64,000 nucleotides of DNA from NCBI RefSeq assembly GCF_009914755.1, contig NC_060932.1, one strand, 5' to 3'. Within the stretch, counting starts at the first letter, position 1; each line of letters opens with the position of its first letter. Below the pieces are notes generated by a model. It saw only the letters and a list, made by a program, of their open reading frames with translations. It was not told where the DNA came from and searched no databases. Source of the DNA: the human T2T-CHM13v2.0 reference genome, Homo sapiens. Below, one piece after another: positions 13,011 through 25,920 of the stretch. The position numbers were made by a program, and so were the translations under genes.

Positions 13011-13258
13011 GTAGTGGAATATTCCTATTTGAGGAGATTATAATCTAAAATAGGAGATGGGCATTAAAGAGGTTTACAAAATTATGACAAGTGCTGTGTT
13101 AAGGGAGACCCAGGTGTGTGGGCACTTGCACAGGACAAATACTTTGCCCAGCCTGGAGGACGTGGGGACTCCAGGAGTCTAGGTGGATGTCTCATCTGGA
13201 TGGGGTCCAGGGGAGAAGTGAGCAGCTCCTTATGCTCCTTTAGAACAGGGTAAGCCAT

Positions 13259-13591
<333 letters not shown>

Positions 13592-13719
13592 TCACGTAAA
13601 GCTCTGTGTGTCAGGCTGAGGAGTTCAGACTTTGTCTTCAAGCCAAGGCAGTCCAATTCTTAGACAAATCTTTCAACCCAACTGTTTTGTGATGGGGAAC
13701 CCAGAAAAGAGAATTAAGA

Positions 13720-13915
13720 TTCACTGAGTGCCAGCTCTGCCCTATATGCTTTATCTCAGTTCCCTCACTTATTCCTCACCACAGACTACAGGGGAAGGAT
13801 TATTACAGATATATAAACTGAGGCTCAGAAAAATAAGCTACCAAGAGGTTGCATAATTAGAGGCAGAGCTGTGATTTATATCTTACTCTGTCAGACTATG
13901 GATGTTTCTTCTACC
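13720..13915 (-). mobile_element. MIR
   Basis: TTACAGATATATAAACTGAGGCTCAGAAAA core. Confidence 0.75.
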
Positions 13916-14906
13916 ATGCATAACACATCAAATCCTAAAGAAAGAAAATAAAAGCTAAATGAACAAAACTGAAAGCACCCAAAACCTTGCATGTGATATG
14001 GGAGGATTATGTTCCAAGGAATCCAAAAGTGTTCCTAAAAGTTTAAATTATGCAAAAATGATTATTTAAAACATTAAAAATTGGCTTGAACTTTAAATGC
14101 AAGTAGAATTCATTTTCTTGTGTAATTTCTTGCCCAAAGAACCTATTTTTTTTCTAGCTTATTTAAAGTGACATTAGAAAACAGAAGAAATTTATTTTAA
14201 AATGCAGGAGGATGACTGACTGGTAGTGATTTTGCAAGAGACTGAGTAGATAATTTAGCATGGGACTGTGAGGGTGATTTTGATAGGATTTTAGAAGATT
14301 TCTTGAAATATCTGTCAGGCGAGTCTTGAGCACAAGACTGTTTTTTCTCTCAACAAGGGGGCACAAAGCAAGCCCATTCCTGAGAACTGCTCTCTGGTTC
14401 TGTAAACTTCTCTGCCTTGGTAAATATCTGGAAGGCTTTTTGGTGCCAACTTTTATAATTTCCCTACTTTTAAAGACTTCTTCAGACTCTTCAATAAAAC
14501 TCATCTTTTAATACTGTCCCTGATGATCTGTTTCACGAATTTCCTATGTGTGACTTAATTTGGTATTTGGTCTTTACTTTCCAGATGGTCAGCTTCAGTC
14601 CGTGGAACCTTCCAATACTACCAACAATTCCTCACTTTCAGCACACAAGTGGTATCTATCTTTGTCCCAATTGGCTTACTGTTAGTGTCAGTGCTTTCAT
14701 TTATTACCATTTCCCACTCATCTTTATAAAACACTGGGACAAATTGCAATAAAACATTGCAATAATTACACAAACTTGACTGCAAAATATGGTGTTGATG
14801 CAGTGTGTCCGAGCTCTGATTGTGAAATTGGTTTAAGGGTGTCAATGTGAAAAGCAATTGTGTGGAAATCAAGGACTGCTTTAATACATTTATTTCACAA
14901 ACACAT

Positions 14907-15390
14907 TGTCTTAGAGTACCTTCCCAGAAGTAGATTCCGACACAAGGATTTGTGTGAAAGTGGTGTTTATTAAGAAGCATTCCTGGAAAAACCTCCAGAG
15001 AACTGGAGAAGTAGGACAGGGCAAGGAAGAAAGGCAATCAAGGGTACAATGCACTTATTACAAACACCGTGAAGAAAACCAGCAAGGAAAGTCCTGCAGG
15101 TGAGCACTGCAGACAGGGAGATCACACATTAGTGTTTTCCTGATCAGGGAACAAGGGAGCTAGAGTGTTTACAGTTATCACCCCGTTCCTTGGCAAATGG
15201 CTAAGGCTATGCAAGTTCCCAGCCTTTAGCTCTCTATGTTTTCATGCAGGCAATCCAAGCTGGACTTCAGGAGCCTGGGGCAGCCCTCAGAAAAGAGAAG
15301 CAAGTGCTGGCTGATGGACATGAGAGCACTCTCAGTGAAAGTATGCAGGAAAATGATAAAAGGATCCAAAGAAATATGGATGAGACCCTC
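14907..15390 (-). mobile_element. ERVL LTR16/LTR33-like solo LTR within an L2
   Basis: TGTCTTAGAGTACCTTCCCAGAAGTAGATTCCGACACAAGGATTTGTGTGAAAGTGG...AGTAGGACAGGG. Confidence 0.65.
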
Positions 15391-15439
15391 TTCCCGGCAC
15401 TCTCTTAAGGTGAAGTGGAAAACAGAATAAACATTGCCT

Positions 15440-15800
15440 CCAACCACTCTCATGGAGCTTACATCTGGATAGGGGGAAAATAGGCAATAACAAACAAACA
15501 AACAAATTAATTAATTAATTGCCCTTTGTGATATGCGCAATGAAAAAATAAGAAAAGCCTGATATGAAGAATAAGAAATCTGGGGTATATGGTTGCTCAG
15601 TAAAGAATTCTCTCTGCATGTGAATTTTAAGCTAGTGGCCTAAATGATAAAAGGGAGTTAAACCATTTGACAGGTGGAAAGAGGAATGTATTTTATGCAT
15701 AAGGAATAACATGCAAAGTCTCAGGGTGGAAAAGTCAATGGCATGTTCCAAGGCTTAAGAGAAGATCAGAAAGGCTGGAGCCTAAAGTCGGGAGGGTGAA
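15440..15800 (-). mobile_element. L2 fragment
   Basis: CTCTCATGGAGCTTACATCT...GGAATAACATGCAAAGTCTCAGG...GGCATGTTCCAAG. Confidence 0.75.
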
Positions 15801-15803
15801 AGG

Positions 15804-16196
15804 GTATTTCAGTTATGTATTGCTGCCTAATAAACCACTGAAAACTTAGCAGCTTAAAACACAATTCACCGAGCTGCAGTCATTCTGCTGTCTTGACTAG
15901 GGTTGGGTGGTCTAAGATGGCCTTGTCCAGGCAGCTGCTACTGGTTCTTGGTGGAGCCATGTCTCTAGTAGGTTAGCTTGGTCTTCTTCACATGGAGGCA
16001 CTATTCAGGGAGGCAAGGGCAGAGGCTAAAAGTCTCCTTCAGCACAGGTGCCTTGTTGCAGAAGGCAGAGTGTCACTTCCACCAAATTCTATTGGTAGTC
16101 ACAAGAGCCCACTAGATTCAAGGGATGAAGAAAGTTACTTAATCTCTTGATGGGTGGTATTGCAAAGTGTGTGTCCATTTTTTTTTATCTACTACA
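15804..16196 (-). mobile_element. MLT1 (H/F-like) LTR
   Basis: GTATTTCAGTTATGTATTGCTGCCTAATAAACCACTGAAAACTTAGCAGCTTAAAACA...CTAGATTCAAGGG...ATCTACTACA. Confidence 0.8.
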
Positions 16197-17649
16197 GACA
16201 GAGACTGTGATTTGAGATGTGCCAGGGGTCAGATTAAGCAGGTCATTGTGGAAGGTGTTTGGATTGTTGAGATGTGAGAGTATCCAATAAGCAGTATCCA
16301 TCATCATCAAGATCTAAATCAACATAGAAATAAGATAAAGTGTAAGATGCATGCAAATCAAAATCCTTCCTTCATCTCATAGGATTTAAATTAAGTCTGT
16401 GGACGACAAGTGGAGTGTCTAATAAGAACCTATAGTATTAAACAGAATTACTCACCGAGGCACTGACCAGTCCTTTTGATGACTAGACACATTATCTTGA
16501 GCAAATTGCTTCACTTCCTTGTGTTACTGAGAATAAAACGAAATAATGCTTGCTAAGTTTTTAGTCCAGTGCATGGCAGGAGATGGCTGTTCTATGAAAT
16601 TTGCAATTGTTTTTAAGAAGCATAAGCAGCTCTGGGTGGTTGATTTGCATAAAGTCCACGGAGGGTGGTATACCCACTGTTTTCTTCTTCCCTATCCTCT
16701 TTATGAAAAGACCCTATTTCTTGTTCTGTCACAACTTTTCCCTTCCTTTTTTTTTTCCAACCTTTTTGACATTCACATGTACAAATGTCTTCAGCTTAAG
16801 GAGGAAGGGAGCTGAGGTAGACAAGAACTTTGCAGAACTAAACAAGCAGACCCTCAGGGTTTATTATCATAATGAAATTGCTGATGAATTAAAATAACAA
16901 TAACCAATAAATTCTTTCAAAAATGTTATTATGAAGACAAAAGCTGTGAGAAGCAGTACTTTATATCAGCTGGTGTGATTGTTTCTAAGGTGACAGGAGA
17001 GATGTGTGCCTATACACAATGCAATATTTTCTCAGGACAACACTATTAAAACACATATATGTATATGACTGTAGGCACTCACACAACCAAACAATTAATT
17101 GTTTCTGCCTTTCATACTTTGTATAGAATTGCAGGCAATCTACAAATTCCATAATTTATTGGATGTCACTTCTCATACAGAAAGGATGCCATTATATTTG
17201 ACATATTTATGGAACTGGTTAATACTAAGTATTAAAAACATTATTGAGGGTTTAAATCAAGGCAAGTGACTTCCACCCAGTACGCAGAGATTTGCAACTT
17301 GCTGGCCCCATTTTCAGAGTGAGCTCACCAGCTATGGAAAAATTATTACATGGTTGAATAAAAAGGAAACAGAAGAGCAGAAATGGCATCCAGCACTTAA
17401 GAGCAGTGCCCTATGAAACAGCTAAAGGGGATAGCAAAATGCAGTTTCTCAATTAAAAAAGAGAATGAGAAAGAAAGTACACACACACAGAGGTAGATGG
17501 CACCCCTAGGCACTGAGAGACTATAAACTGATCTAGAGACTGTAAGGACTCTTGGGAGTTAGTTTTCCTTGGACACGCACTGCACTTATGTGTCTTGCTT
17601 AATTTTCTCTAAATATTTCATACAAGAAGAACAGCTTATTTTAGAAAAT

Positions 17650-17860
17650 TACTTTACAGTGCACAGGATAATTTTACATGGTCATATTTGATTTTCACAG
17701 TCTCATGCACTTGACCTTATTTCCAGCTCCAGCTTACACATGAGGAAACTGAGGTCTGAATAGCTAAGTGACTAAGAGCCCCTGACATGTGACAGGTACT
17801 AGGCAAAACTGGCATCAGTCTCAGAGCATCCAACTCAAGACTCTCTGTGCTTTTTACTAT
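17650..17860 (-). mobile_element. MIR
   Basis: TTACACATGAGGAAACTGAGGTCTGAATAGCTAAGTGACT. Confidence 0.75.
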
Positions 17861-19339
17861 GTTAGGGTGCTTCTGACGTCATTTCTCCTCTCCAACCATA
17901 GAATACAGTTTCCATGGCTAGTGAAGAAAATATTTCTTATATTTCAGTGGTAATCCTTGGAGAATCTTGCACCTTCTGGACTCATGGGAGGAACTTAATA
18001 TATGTTGATGAAGGGAAAGCCTTATTGCCCTGGGAGTGAAAGGACAATCATTTCTTGCTTTCCTACCTTCAGCTCCACAGTTTTTTGTTAGAAGTATTCC
18101 CAGCTAGTGTGTGACAGAGCTCTTTTAATGCTTTATTCATTGCATGCATTCTTATTCAGTCATTAAACCTAGCTGGGTTCCAGAGTTTCTCGTTGTTAAC
18201 TTGGGGCTATTCTGTTGGCCTCAGACTGCTGCTGTAAGGATGAAATCTGATTAGAATCTAGCCTCTTAGCAAAGTGCCTGGAATTTAGTGGGCACTAGTT
18301 AAATGATAGCTACTGTTATTGTTGTTGCTTCCTCCTAAGTTTCAACTTCTATAGAAATCATCTTGTTCAGGAATTTTACCAAATAATGAGTCCAACAGCT
18401 TTTTCCTAGTCTTTCTCTCTTTAGTCTATGTCTACTTTAATCAGTGCTGTTCGTGCCCTCATGATCATATTGACTCATGATGGTATCAGCTGAGGTTCAC
18501 TCTTTCCTCATTTCTCATTCCTGGTTTCTCTCCCACATTTCTCCATTGGTCAGACAACACTTACTGTTAATTTAATGACCTAATTTATCCTTCTAATGAT
18601 GACATTCTTAAGACTGAAAGAAAAATCCAGGTCAAGTTGCAACCACCCAACACAAACCAGATGATCAAGTGCTCACCCTACTCATAGACTTTTGCCAGAC
18701 GTAGAACTCACAGATGTTCTCCTTTAGGTTTCCCTGTTGATTCCTTGAGAGAAGTCTGTGCCTTGTCATCCCCAAAGACTCCTTCCAATAAACAAACTCC
18801 ACCAAATGGGATTCTTCTGGGAAGTCTTACAACACTAAGCCCCTTGAACTTTTTCACTTAAAAATGTGTTGCCCTTGAGAGCCAGGGCTGGAGGCTCTGC
18901 TACATCCTCACTGGCTGCTGAAGTTCTGAAAGATGCTTATGCTGTTTGGTAAATGGCTGCTGACCTGAGCTTCGCATAGGCCCATGTCACCATCCTCTGC
19001 TCTGACCTCTCCTTCAAAATCCTGGGATCTCCCACTATTCAGTAACTAAGGGACTGATACCCAGCCCAGCACCATGACTGAAGTTCTGCTGCTGTCCTCC
19101 CAGGGCCTTGGGAGGATCTGGCTTGTCACTGCACCCCCTACCCCAGGGCTTCTCTCTAAGTCTGGAAGCCCCAAGGGGGCAACACCTGGAGGGAAGTTCT
19201 GTTACCTACTTCCTGCCAATCTGTCAATTAGCAAGCAATGACTCTCACACACCACTCTTCATCCGAACGTGCCCCTTGTTCAGAGGACGTAAAGACATCA
19301 GCAGGAAAAATGGTCCCCATTTTATCTTTGACACTCTGG

Positions 19340-19565
19340 TAAGGAAAATACTCATCTATAACATTTGAGACATCATCCTTCAGTCCTAGTTTTGCTCTTA
19401 ACCTGCCATAGGATCTTAAGCCAGTCCTTTAACCTCTGTTAGATTTTAGTTTCTCTAATATCTGGCTTAGCACATGGATTACTAGGAGAATTGTAGATAA
19501 GATGGGCACCAAAGTGGTTTGCAAGTAGTTATTTGTTACATATGTATAAGATGTTAATATTATTG
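19340..19565 (+). mobile_element. MIR
   Basis: CAGTCCTAGTTTTGCTCTTAACCTGCCATAGGATCTTAAGCCAGTCCTTTAACCTCTG. Confidence 0.65.
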
Positions 19566-19694
19566 CTGTAATTATGATTAGTTAGTACCACCCAGGACCA
19601 ATGGGTCTATTTTCAGACAGTATTCTTATACCAATTTGCACCTCATGGCACTTTAGAATGTTAGAGCAGAAAGAGAAGTTAGAGATTATCCAGT

Positions 19695-20085
19695 CCAAAG
19701 ATGAAAAACTACCAAATATTTAGATTAGGCTTAATTTCTTTCTCTCTCTCTCTTTTTTTTTTTTCTGGCAAGAGGTTTTTGTTTTGTTTTGTTTTGATTT
19801 GTTTTTTAAATTCAGTTACCAACATTTAAAAATCAAGAGATTTTTACATCATAATACAGATTTCTGGCATCTTTTACAAGAATTGGCCTCTGTTCCTAAT
19901 AAATCATACAGGGCAAACATTGGCTGGAGCTCAGTAGAGCTGCCTCTTATACAAAGTGTACATGCACTACAGTTGCCTGGGTAGCCCCTGCTTCCCATCC
20001 CAGGCCTCCCCCCATTTCCTAACATCAGGTTAAGATGGGCCTGGGCCCATTGTAGGCTTTTGAGTTGGCCATCTGCCCACCCCCA
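19695..20085. mobile_element. hAT-Charlie MER102/MER113-like fossil
   Basis: CCAACATTTAAAAATCAAGAGATTTT...AATACAGATTTCTGGCATCT; a similar motif lies in opposite orientation at ~56400. Confidence 0.6.
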
Positions 20086-21410
20086 TTCCTCCCAGTTTGT
20101 ACTACCCTATTACAGATGAGGAAACTGAGGCCCCCCACCCACTCTTCCTTTTACTCTAGGTGTCCTTATTTACTAGATTGCTTTTTGTTGTCTGGGTCCA
20201 TGTTCTGTCTTCCCCAACACATTAGGAGACCACATCTTCTCTTTTATTATTTTATTTTATTTCACATAATTTAATTTTACCTTATTTTATTCTTAACTAA
20301 CTGCAAAGTTCATTATAGAGTGACTTGAAAATAAATATTGACAGACTTTCTGCTTCTCTTGAAAACATACTACCAAGTCTAAGTAAAAATAGTAATAACA
20401 CAGAAAACATTTTATTATTTTATATTACTGCAATTAATAGCTACCAGAGTACATACATATTCATGACCTCATTTGATCTACAAAGGCTCTGATAGAGAGG
20501 GCAGATGATGGCATTGCCTTAAAGCAAGCTCATATAAACAGGTGTCCTCAAACATGAAAGCTTTATGCAAATATTCAGCATTTTATTCCTACTTATAAGA
20601 GCAGGAAACATGGGACAGAGAAAAGAGAGTGGAGCCAAAAATAAGACACAGAGATGGGACCAGAACAAGGCCTCCTGTTTTTGTCTAGAGCCCTGGAAAT
20701 ATGGACAGAGATGGAGAGAAACTTAGGAATAACTGATTTCAAATTCTTCACTTGACACAAGGAGAAACTGAAGCCCCAAGAGGGGAAGTTACAGCCTCTG
20801 CTTTCTTTTACAACTGAAGGAACTAGGTTTAGAATATAGAATTGCTAGAGATTGGCCAAGCATTCTATTCTGATTCTCAGACCAATTTCCCAAACCCATA
20901 GCGAGATGTTTATACTTAAAAAATATGAATAAAAGGAGTTAAAACTAGTGTAATTGTTTAAAAAGCTAAGGTCATCATACTGTTTCAATGCATTTTAATG
21001 CTGCATTGATTAATGCACAGCAATTTTTCTCTTTACTGAAATCTGGTTTTTTTTTAAGTGAATCGATAAGTATTGTATATTCTGACTCTCCACCTTCTTT
21101 TGTCCTTCATTTATCCCCTAAACCTCTTATTATTTCTTTCTCATTGTCTCAGCTCTCCTGCTCTATTTCATCTGTATGTTGTGGTGTCATAGAAAGAGTC
21201 CAGACCTGGAGCCAGAGGGAGTTGAATTCAAACACCTTGATTTCTTATTATCAGCTGTGTCAAGATCAAATCACTCCTCTTTGGCATGCTGTTTTTTTCT
21301 AGAAGTATTACTCTTGCCTTAGCTATTACCATCCCCTCTCTTGCTTGTAGGTTGATATTTACTTGCTAATTCACTCTCAGTGCATTGTTTTTGAATCTTA
21401 GCCTAGTTTT

Positions 21411-21670
21411 TTGTTTGTTTGTTTGTTTGTTTTGACAGTCTGCTTACTGCAACCTCTGCCTCCCAGGTTCCAGTGATTGTTCCACCTCAACCTCCCGAGT
21501 AGCTGGGATTACAAATGCCAGCCAACATGCCCAGCTAATTTTTGTAGTTTTAGTATAGACGGGTTTTCACCATGTTGGCCAGGTTGGTTTCAAACTCTGA
21601 CCTCAGGTGATCCGCGTTTCTTGGCCTCCCAAAGTGCTGGGATTAAAGATGTGAGCCACTGTGCCTGGCC
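21411..21670 (-). mobile_element. Alu (AluS) with (TTTG)n tail and ~40-bp internal deletion
   Basis: Antisense Alu; TSD AGCCTAGTTTT/AGCCTGGTTTT; junction GACAGTCT|GCTTACTGC lacks the GCCCAGGCTGGAGTGC segment. Confidence 0.96.
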
Positions 21671-21804
21671 AGCCTGGTTTTAATGTTCATAGGATATCAC
21701 TACCTGTGCTGGTCACCTCCAGGGTCTAGGGCAGATAGTGGGGTGGTTCTGCAATTTTCAAGCTGTGGGAAATTGAACACTTCTTAAACCATACTCTTTA
21801 ATCC

Positions 21805-21990
21805 TCATTCATTCATTCATTCATTCACTCATTGAGCACTTGTAATGTGGCCAGGAGTGTTCTAGATACAGGATATACTGCTGGAAACAAGATAGCAGAT
21901 TTTCTTACATGACAGAAGAGGAAGACAGAAGACAAAGAAATCAACTGTGAAAATACCAGATTGGAATGAGCGTTATTCAGATATGGTGAA
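21805..21990 (-). mobile_element. L2 3' end
   Basis: (CATT)n followed by ATTGAGCACTTGTAATGTGGCCAGGAGTGTTCTAGATACAGGATATAC. Confidence 0.85.
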
Positions 21991-22424
21991 GTTTCCTCTT
22001 TACGTGCTCCAGTTGGGTCTTGTACATTCTCTCCAGTTTTGCCTAGTACCCTGTAATTATTTCTTTGTATATTTGTCTTCTCCATTGGAATTCAAATTTA
22101 TGAAGAGACAAAACGTTGTCAGTTTGCTTCTAAATTCCCACTTCCTACATGATGTCAGCTACAGTGAATGTGCTCAGTTAATGCTTGTTCATATTTTCAA
22201 TACTGACTTCATGTTTGGGCACATCTTATATTTTCCTATTCGTGTTTCCTTTATTTTTAATTTCTTAACATACCTTTAAAAATGTATGTACTTTTATAAA
22301 CTACTGTAAATCTTTCTGGAATGAGAAAAGCTTGTACAAGTAAGCAGCAAACAAACAAATAAATACATGTGTAAATAAACCTAAAGGGTGTCAAATCAAT
22401 AAATGGATAAATTAATAAGTACAT

Positions 22425-22790
22425 AAGTCTAGGTTAGACAACGCTTGAGTTTGAATGCAAACTTTCCAACTTCTACTAGTTTTGTGACCTTGGGAAGGGA
22501 GCTTGTTTTTGCTGAGCCTCAGTTTTCTCATCTAAAGAATTGGGCGAATGATATCTGCCTCATATCCTGAAAGGATTACATAGTGTTATGTATATAAAGG
22601 ACTATGTACAGAATAACAATAGCTCATCTCTTTGAGTGCTTAGTCTGTAACAGTGCTTTATATTTATCAAAGACTGAGACATGGTAGTTGATAACCCTAT
22701 CAAATTGTGATAAGCAATCCAATGTTGTTAATCATTACTCTACACATTCAGTACTATAAAGTAGGCACTCGATAAAAGATAGCCACTGTA
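22425..22790 (+). mobile_element. MIR (interrupted)
   Basis: TACTAGTTTTGTGACCTTGGG...CTGAGCCTCAGTTTTCTCATCT; 3' end AGTAGGCACTCGATAAAAGATAGC. Confidence 0.75.
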
Positions 22791-24784
22791 AGTATTATGT
22801 TTATTATCTTTTATTGCATGATCTCGTTAGCAATATTGAGCAACCCACAGAAAAGTATTTTATGAGAAGTCAGAGCATATACCAACACTCCTGATGTAAA
22901 CCCTTATAACCCCCAACCAGGATGAATGTGTGCCCTTGTTTGCTAGGGTCTATCCCTGGTTGGCCTTGCTATCCTACTGTGAGAGCACCCTCCCCTTCTA
23001 ACAAAACTGTCCTGATTTAATATAGCCACCTATCCTAACCAGTTCACATTCAAAGCCAAGAATGCACAGAAGACAAAAGGAAGAAAGGGGAAGAAACAAC
23101 AAGTGTTCATTCTGCAAACATGTCTTCCTCCTCAGGAACACATCCTCAAAAGAGGCTTTGATTTATGTCTTCTGATTCATGGCAGTTGGAGGCGTGGAAG
23201 ATTTGTCACCTTGGATTTTGAGGGTCTAATTATTTTCACTCTAAAACTATGTCTTCACCTCTGAGGAACGATACAGGGATGGTGTGCGAAGTATCATGTT
23301 AATGGGAGGGCTACAAAAATCAATGGCAGGATCAGGGATGGGGGCCATTTAATCTCATTTCTGCAGCTCAAGATGCTAGCACATCCGTCTTTCTCAAGAG
23401 TATGCACACAGCTCTATTAGGTGCTGGGCGTGCTATAATTCTACTGTAATTGCAATAACATTATAAATTATTGTCATAACAGCATAGAGTGAGTGCATCA
23501 GAGGTCTGGTTCACAGCTTGTGTTTTCTCTATGTGCAACCATTTATTTTTGGAGATGGTACAAGGAGCTGTGAGCATAAATATGTCCGCATTCTCACATC
23601 ACATGATTAGTCTGCTGTCTGCCTCTCTGAGCAGCTTTGCAAGATCCTGCAATGAACTGAGAGAAGGGAGCTCTGTGTTCTATACTTAGCATTACTACTA
23701 TTTGTATAACCTTGTGAAGGTCCTAGTCCTTCCCTCACTTTCATGGTATCTAAAATGCGTGCATTTAATTGAATCACAGACTTCTAAATTTCAACCAGTT
23801 TCTTACCTCCTAATTTCTTGTCCTTTTTGTATATTACATGTAGAATTTAATTTTTTTTAAATATGTGTCTATGCACAATACAACATCATTGTACTTACTG
23901 TGTTATGCAAATAGCATGCATGTTGGTGTAGAGAGGAAAAGTAGTTTTCTCCAGGTTTGACTGTTTGGGTGATAGATGGAGACAGAAAGCACAAATGTTT
24001 TCTGCTTATTGTGTGCAGTTACAGTCTTTTCTTTGGCTTTCCAAAACTTCTGTTCTAGCTTATTGTCACTCTCATGAGATTTGGTGCCATGTCCTGGAGA
24101 CAACAGAAAGTTGGTATTAAGAAAGTGCCTCCATTACTTTCTCCTCTGTGTGTCTACCCCATCTCCTGTGCTTTAGAGGTCCTGGGGTGATCTCAACAAC
24201 ACCATAAATCTCCAATCTCTTTTACCTCCCATGGATAACCCTTGAGTCTGCAGGCATTCTTGGGATTCAGCTTCCATAGATTTTGAAATTGAGTTTGGAG
24301 GCAAAGTGGTCTTGTGCATGTTTTTCAGGCAGATCCACACTATGCCATCTCTTCCCAATCTTCCATTCTTGTTTTCTGATAGCAGAGGGGCAGGTTTAGA
24401 AGTCTATGGTTAGATAACAAATCTAAGAATGAAAACCTCTTCTTGAAAGTATCTCTCCTAATCTTTTCTATAATGCTTATGAAATCTTTCTCCATTGACT
24501 TTGAGGAAAGGTAGCATACACCTTCCTCATAATCATTATATTCCCAAAGACAATCTCCATCGCACTCTTTTTTTTCTGTACTGACAACACAGGGGAAGGA
24601 GAAAGTGAAGGGAAATGTGTTTTGTTTTTGTTTTTGTTGTTATTTTGGAGGGGCTTATCCTCTAAATTCTAGCTCTGCATAACTTTTCAGGAAGGTGGCA
24701 AGCCCCAAACATCAGTGGTTGTCTTAATGAAAAGAGTGTTTTGCTCTTTTGACCTTATTTTTAAGTAGTAGCTAACTTAGCACA

Positions 24785-25395
24785 GTATCCAGAGTGACAC
24801 TTGTGAAATAAAATAGAAATTATTTCATATCACTCCTCTGCTTAAAACTCTCCAATGTCTTCCCATATCATTCAGTCAAAGAAAAAGATTTAAAAATGAT
24901 ATTCAAAGCCGTATTTAACCTGGTTCCCATTTTTTTTTCTGTTGGTACTTCCTCCCACTCATTTCTAGCTTCCTGTACTGTGGCCATTCTATACTTCATT
25001 GAGTTTTTAAAAAACCAAGACATTTCTGCCTTAATGTTTTCCATGCTTACCATTTCTTCTGACTGAAATATTTATGTCTTCTTCCTTCACTTCTTCAAGG
25101 TCTCTGCACAAGTGTCTGGGAGCTCTTCTCTGACTACCCTAGCCAAGGTAGCAACTCCTCTTTTCCTTGGCATGCTCTATCTCCCCTACTATGTTTTTTT
25201 TTTCCAGATAGTTCTTTAATATTATCATTTGATATGTAATATATTTTTGTTTGCTGTTCATCACCCCTCCTTAGAATGAAAGTTCATAAGGGCAGAGATT
25301 ATTGTTTTTTTTCTTAATTATTGCACACTCAGTAACCAGAACAGTGCTTGGCATATAATAGGCATTCATTAAGTGTGTGGTAATAAAATTGAATA
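24785..25395 (+). mobile_element. L2a-like 3' fragment
   Basis: CATATCACTCCTCTGCTTAAAACTCTCCAATG...TTAGAATGAAAGTTCATAAGGGCAGAGATT...AACAGTGCTTGGCATATAATAGGCATTCATTAA. Confidence 0.9.
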
Positions 25396-25599
25396 CATAA
25401 ATTATTGAACCAAGACTGTTATTTTTCTTCCTTCCTATTGTGCCTCTATCTAGCTTGTTCTCTTCTTCCTGCTTAAAAAATTACATGCAGTAATTCATGT
25501 TATTATAAAATGCTATATAGTGAAAAGCCTTCCTTGGAATCTTCTGACTCATTAAAATTTCTTTGTGCATATACAAGCATTATACATATGTTGGCTCTC

Positions 25600-25920
25600 C
25601 TTTACCTGCTTTCTACTGTTAGGGTTTTTTTCTACTCTTTTTAAGTTTGTTTCTTTCTGTCTTCATCTCTCAGTCTGTTTCTTTCTTTCTTTTGCCTGGC
25701 TGCCTGCCTGCTTTCCATCCTTGATATATCTCTCCCCTCCCTCTGTCTCTCTTTTTGTTTTTTCTCTCCTCTTTTTCTTCAGTCCCTTCACTTCCTTTTT
25801 GCTTTTCTTCTCTTTATCCTTTATGACTCTTATTGTATTCTCTTCAATATCTATACCTTTTGTTTTCCTTCGATTTTATCTTTGTGCATAAGATGGCTTT
25901 GCTTTTTTCTTCTACACCGT
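25600..25920 (+). repeat. Pyrimidine-rich low-complexity region
   Basis: About 300 bp dominated by T and C. Confidence 0.8.

Noticed and set aside
17490-17510. CTCF-like AGATGGCAC
   Set aside because: The 5' CCA half of the motif is missing
25565-25891. 108-aa hydrophobic, membrane-like ORF
   Set aside because: F/L/S richness follows from the T/C low-complexity DNA; no promoter or splice support
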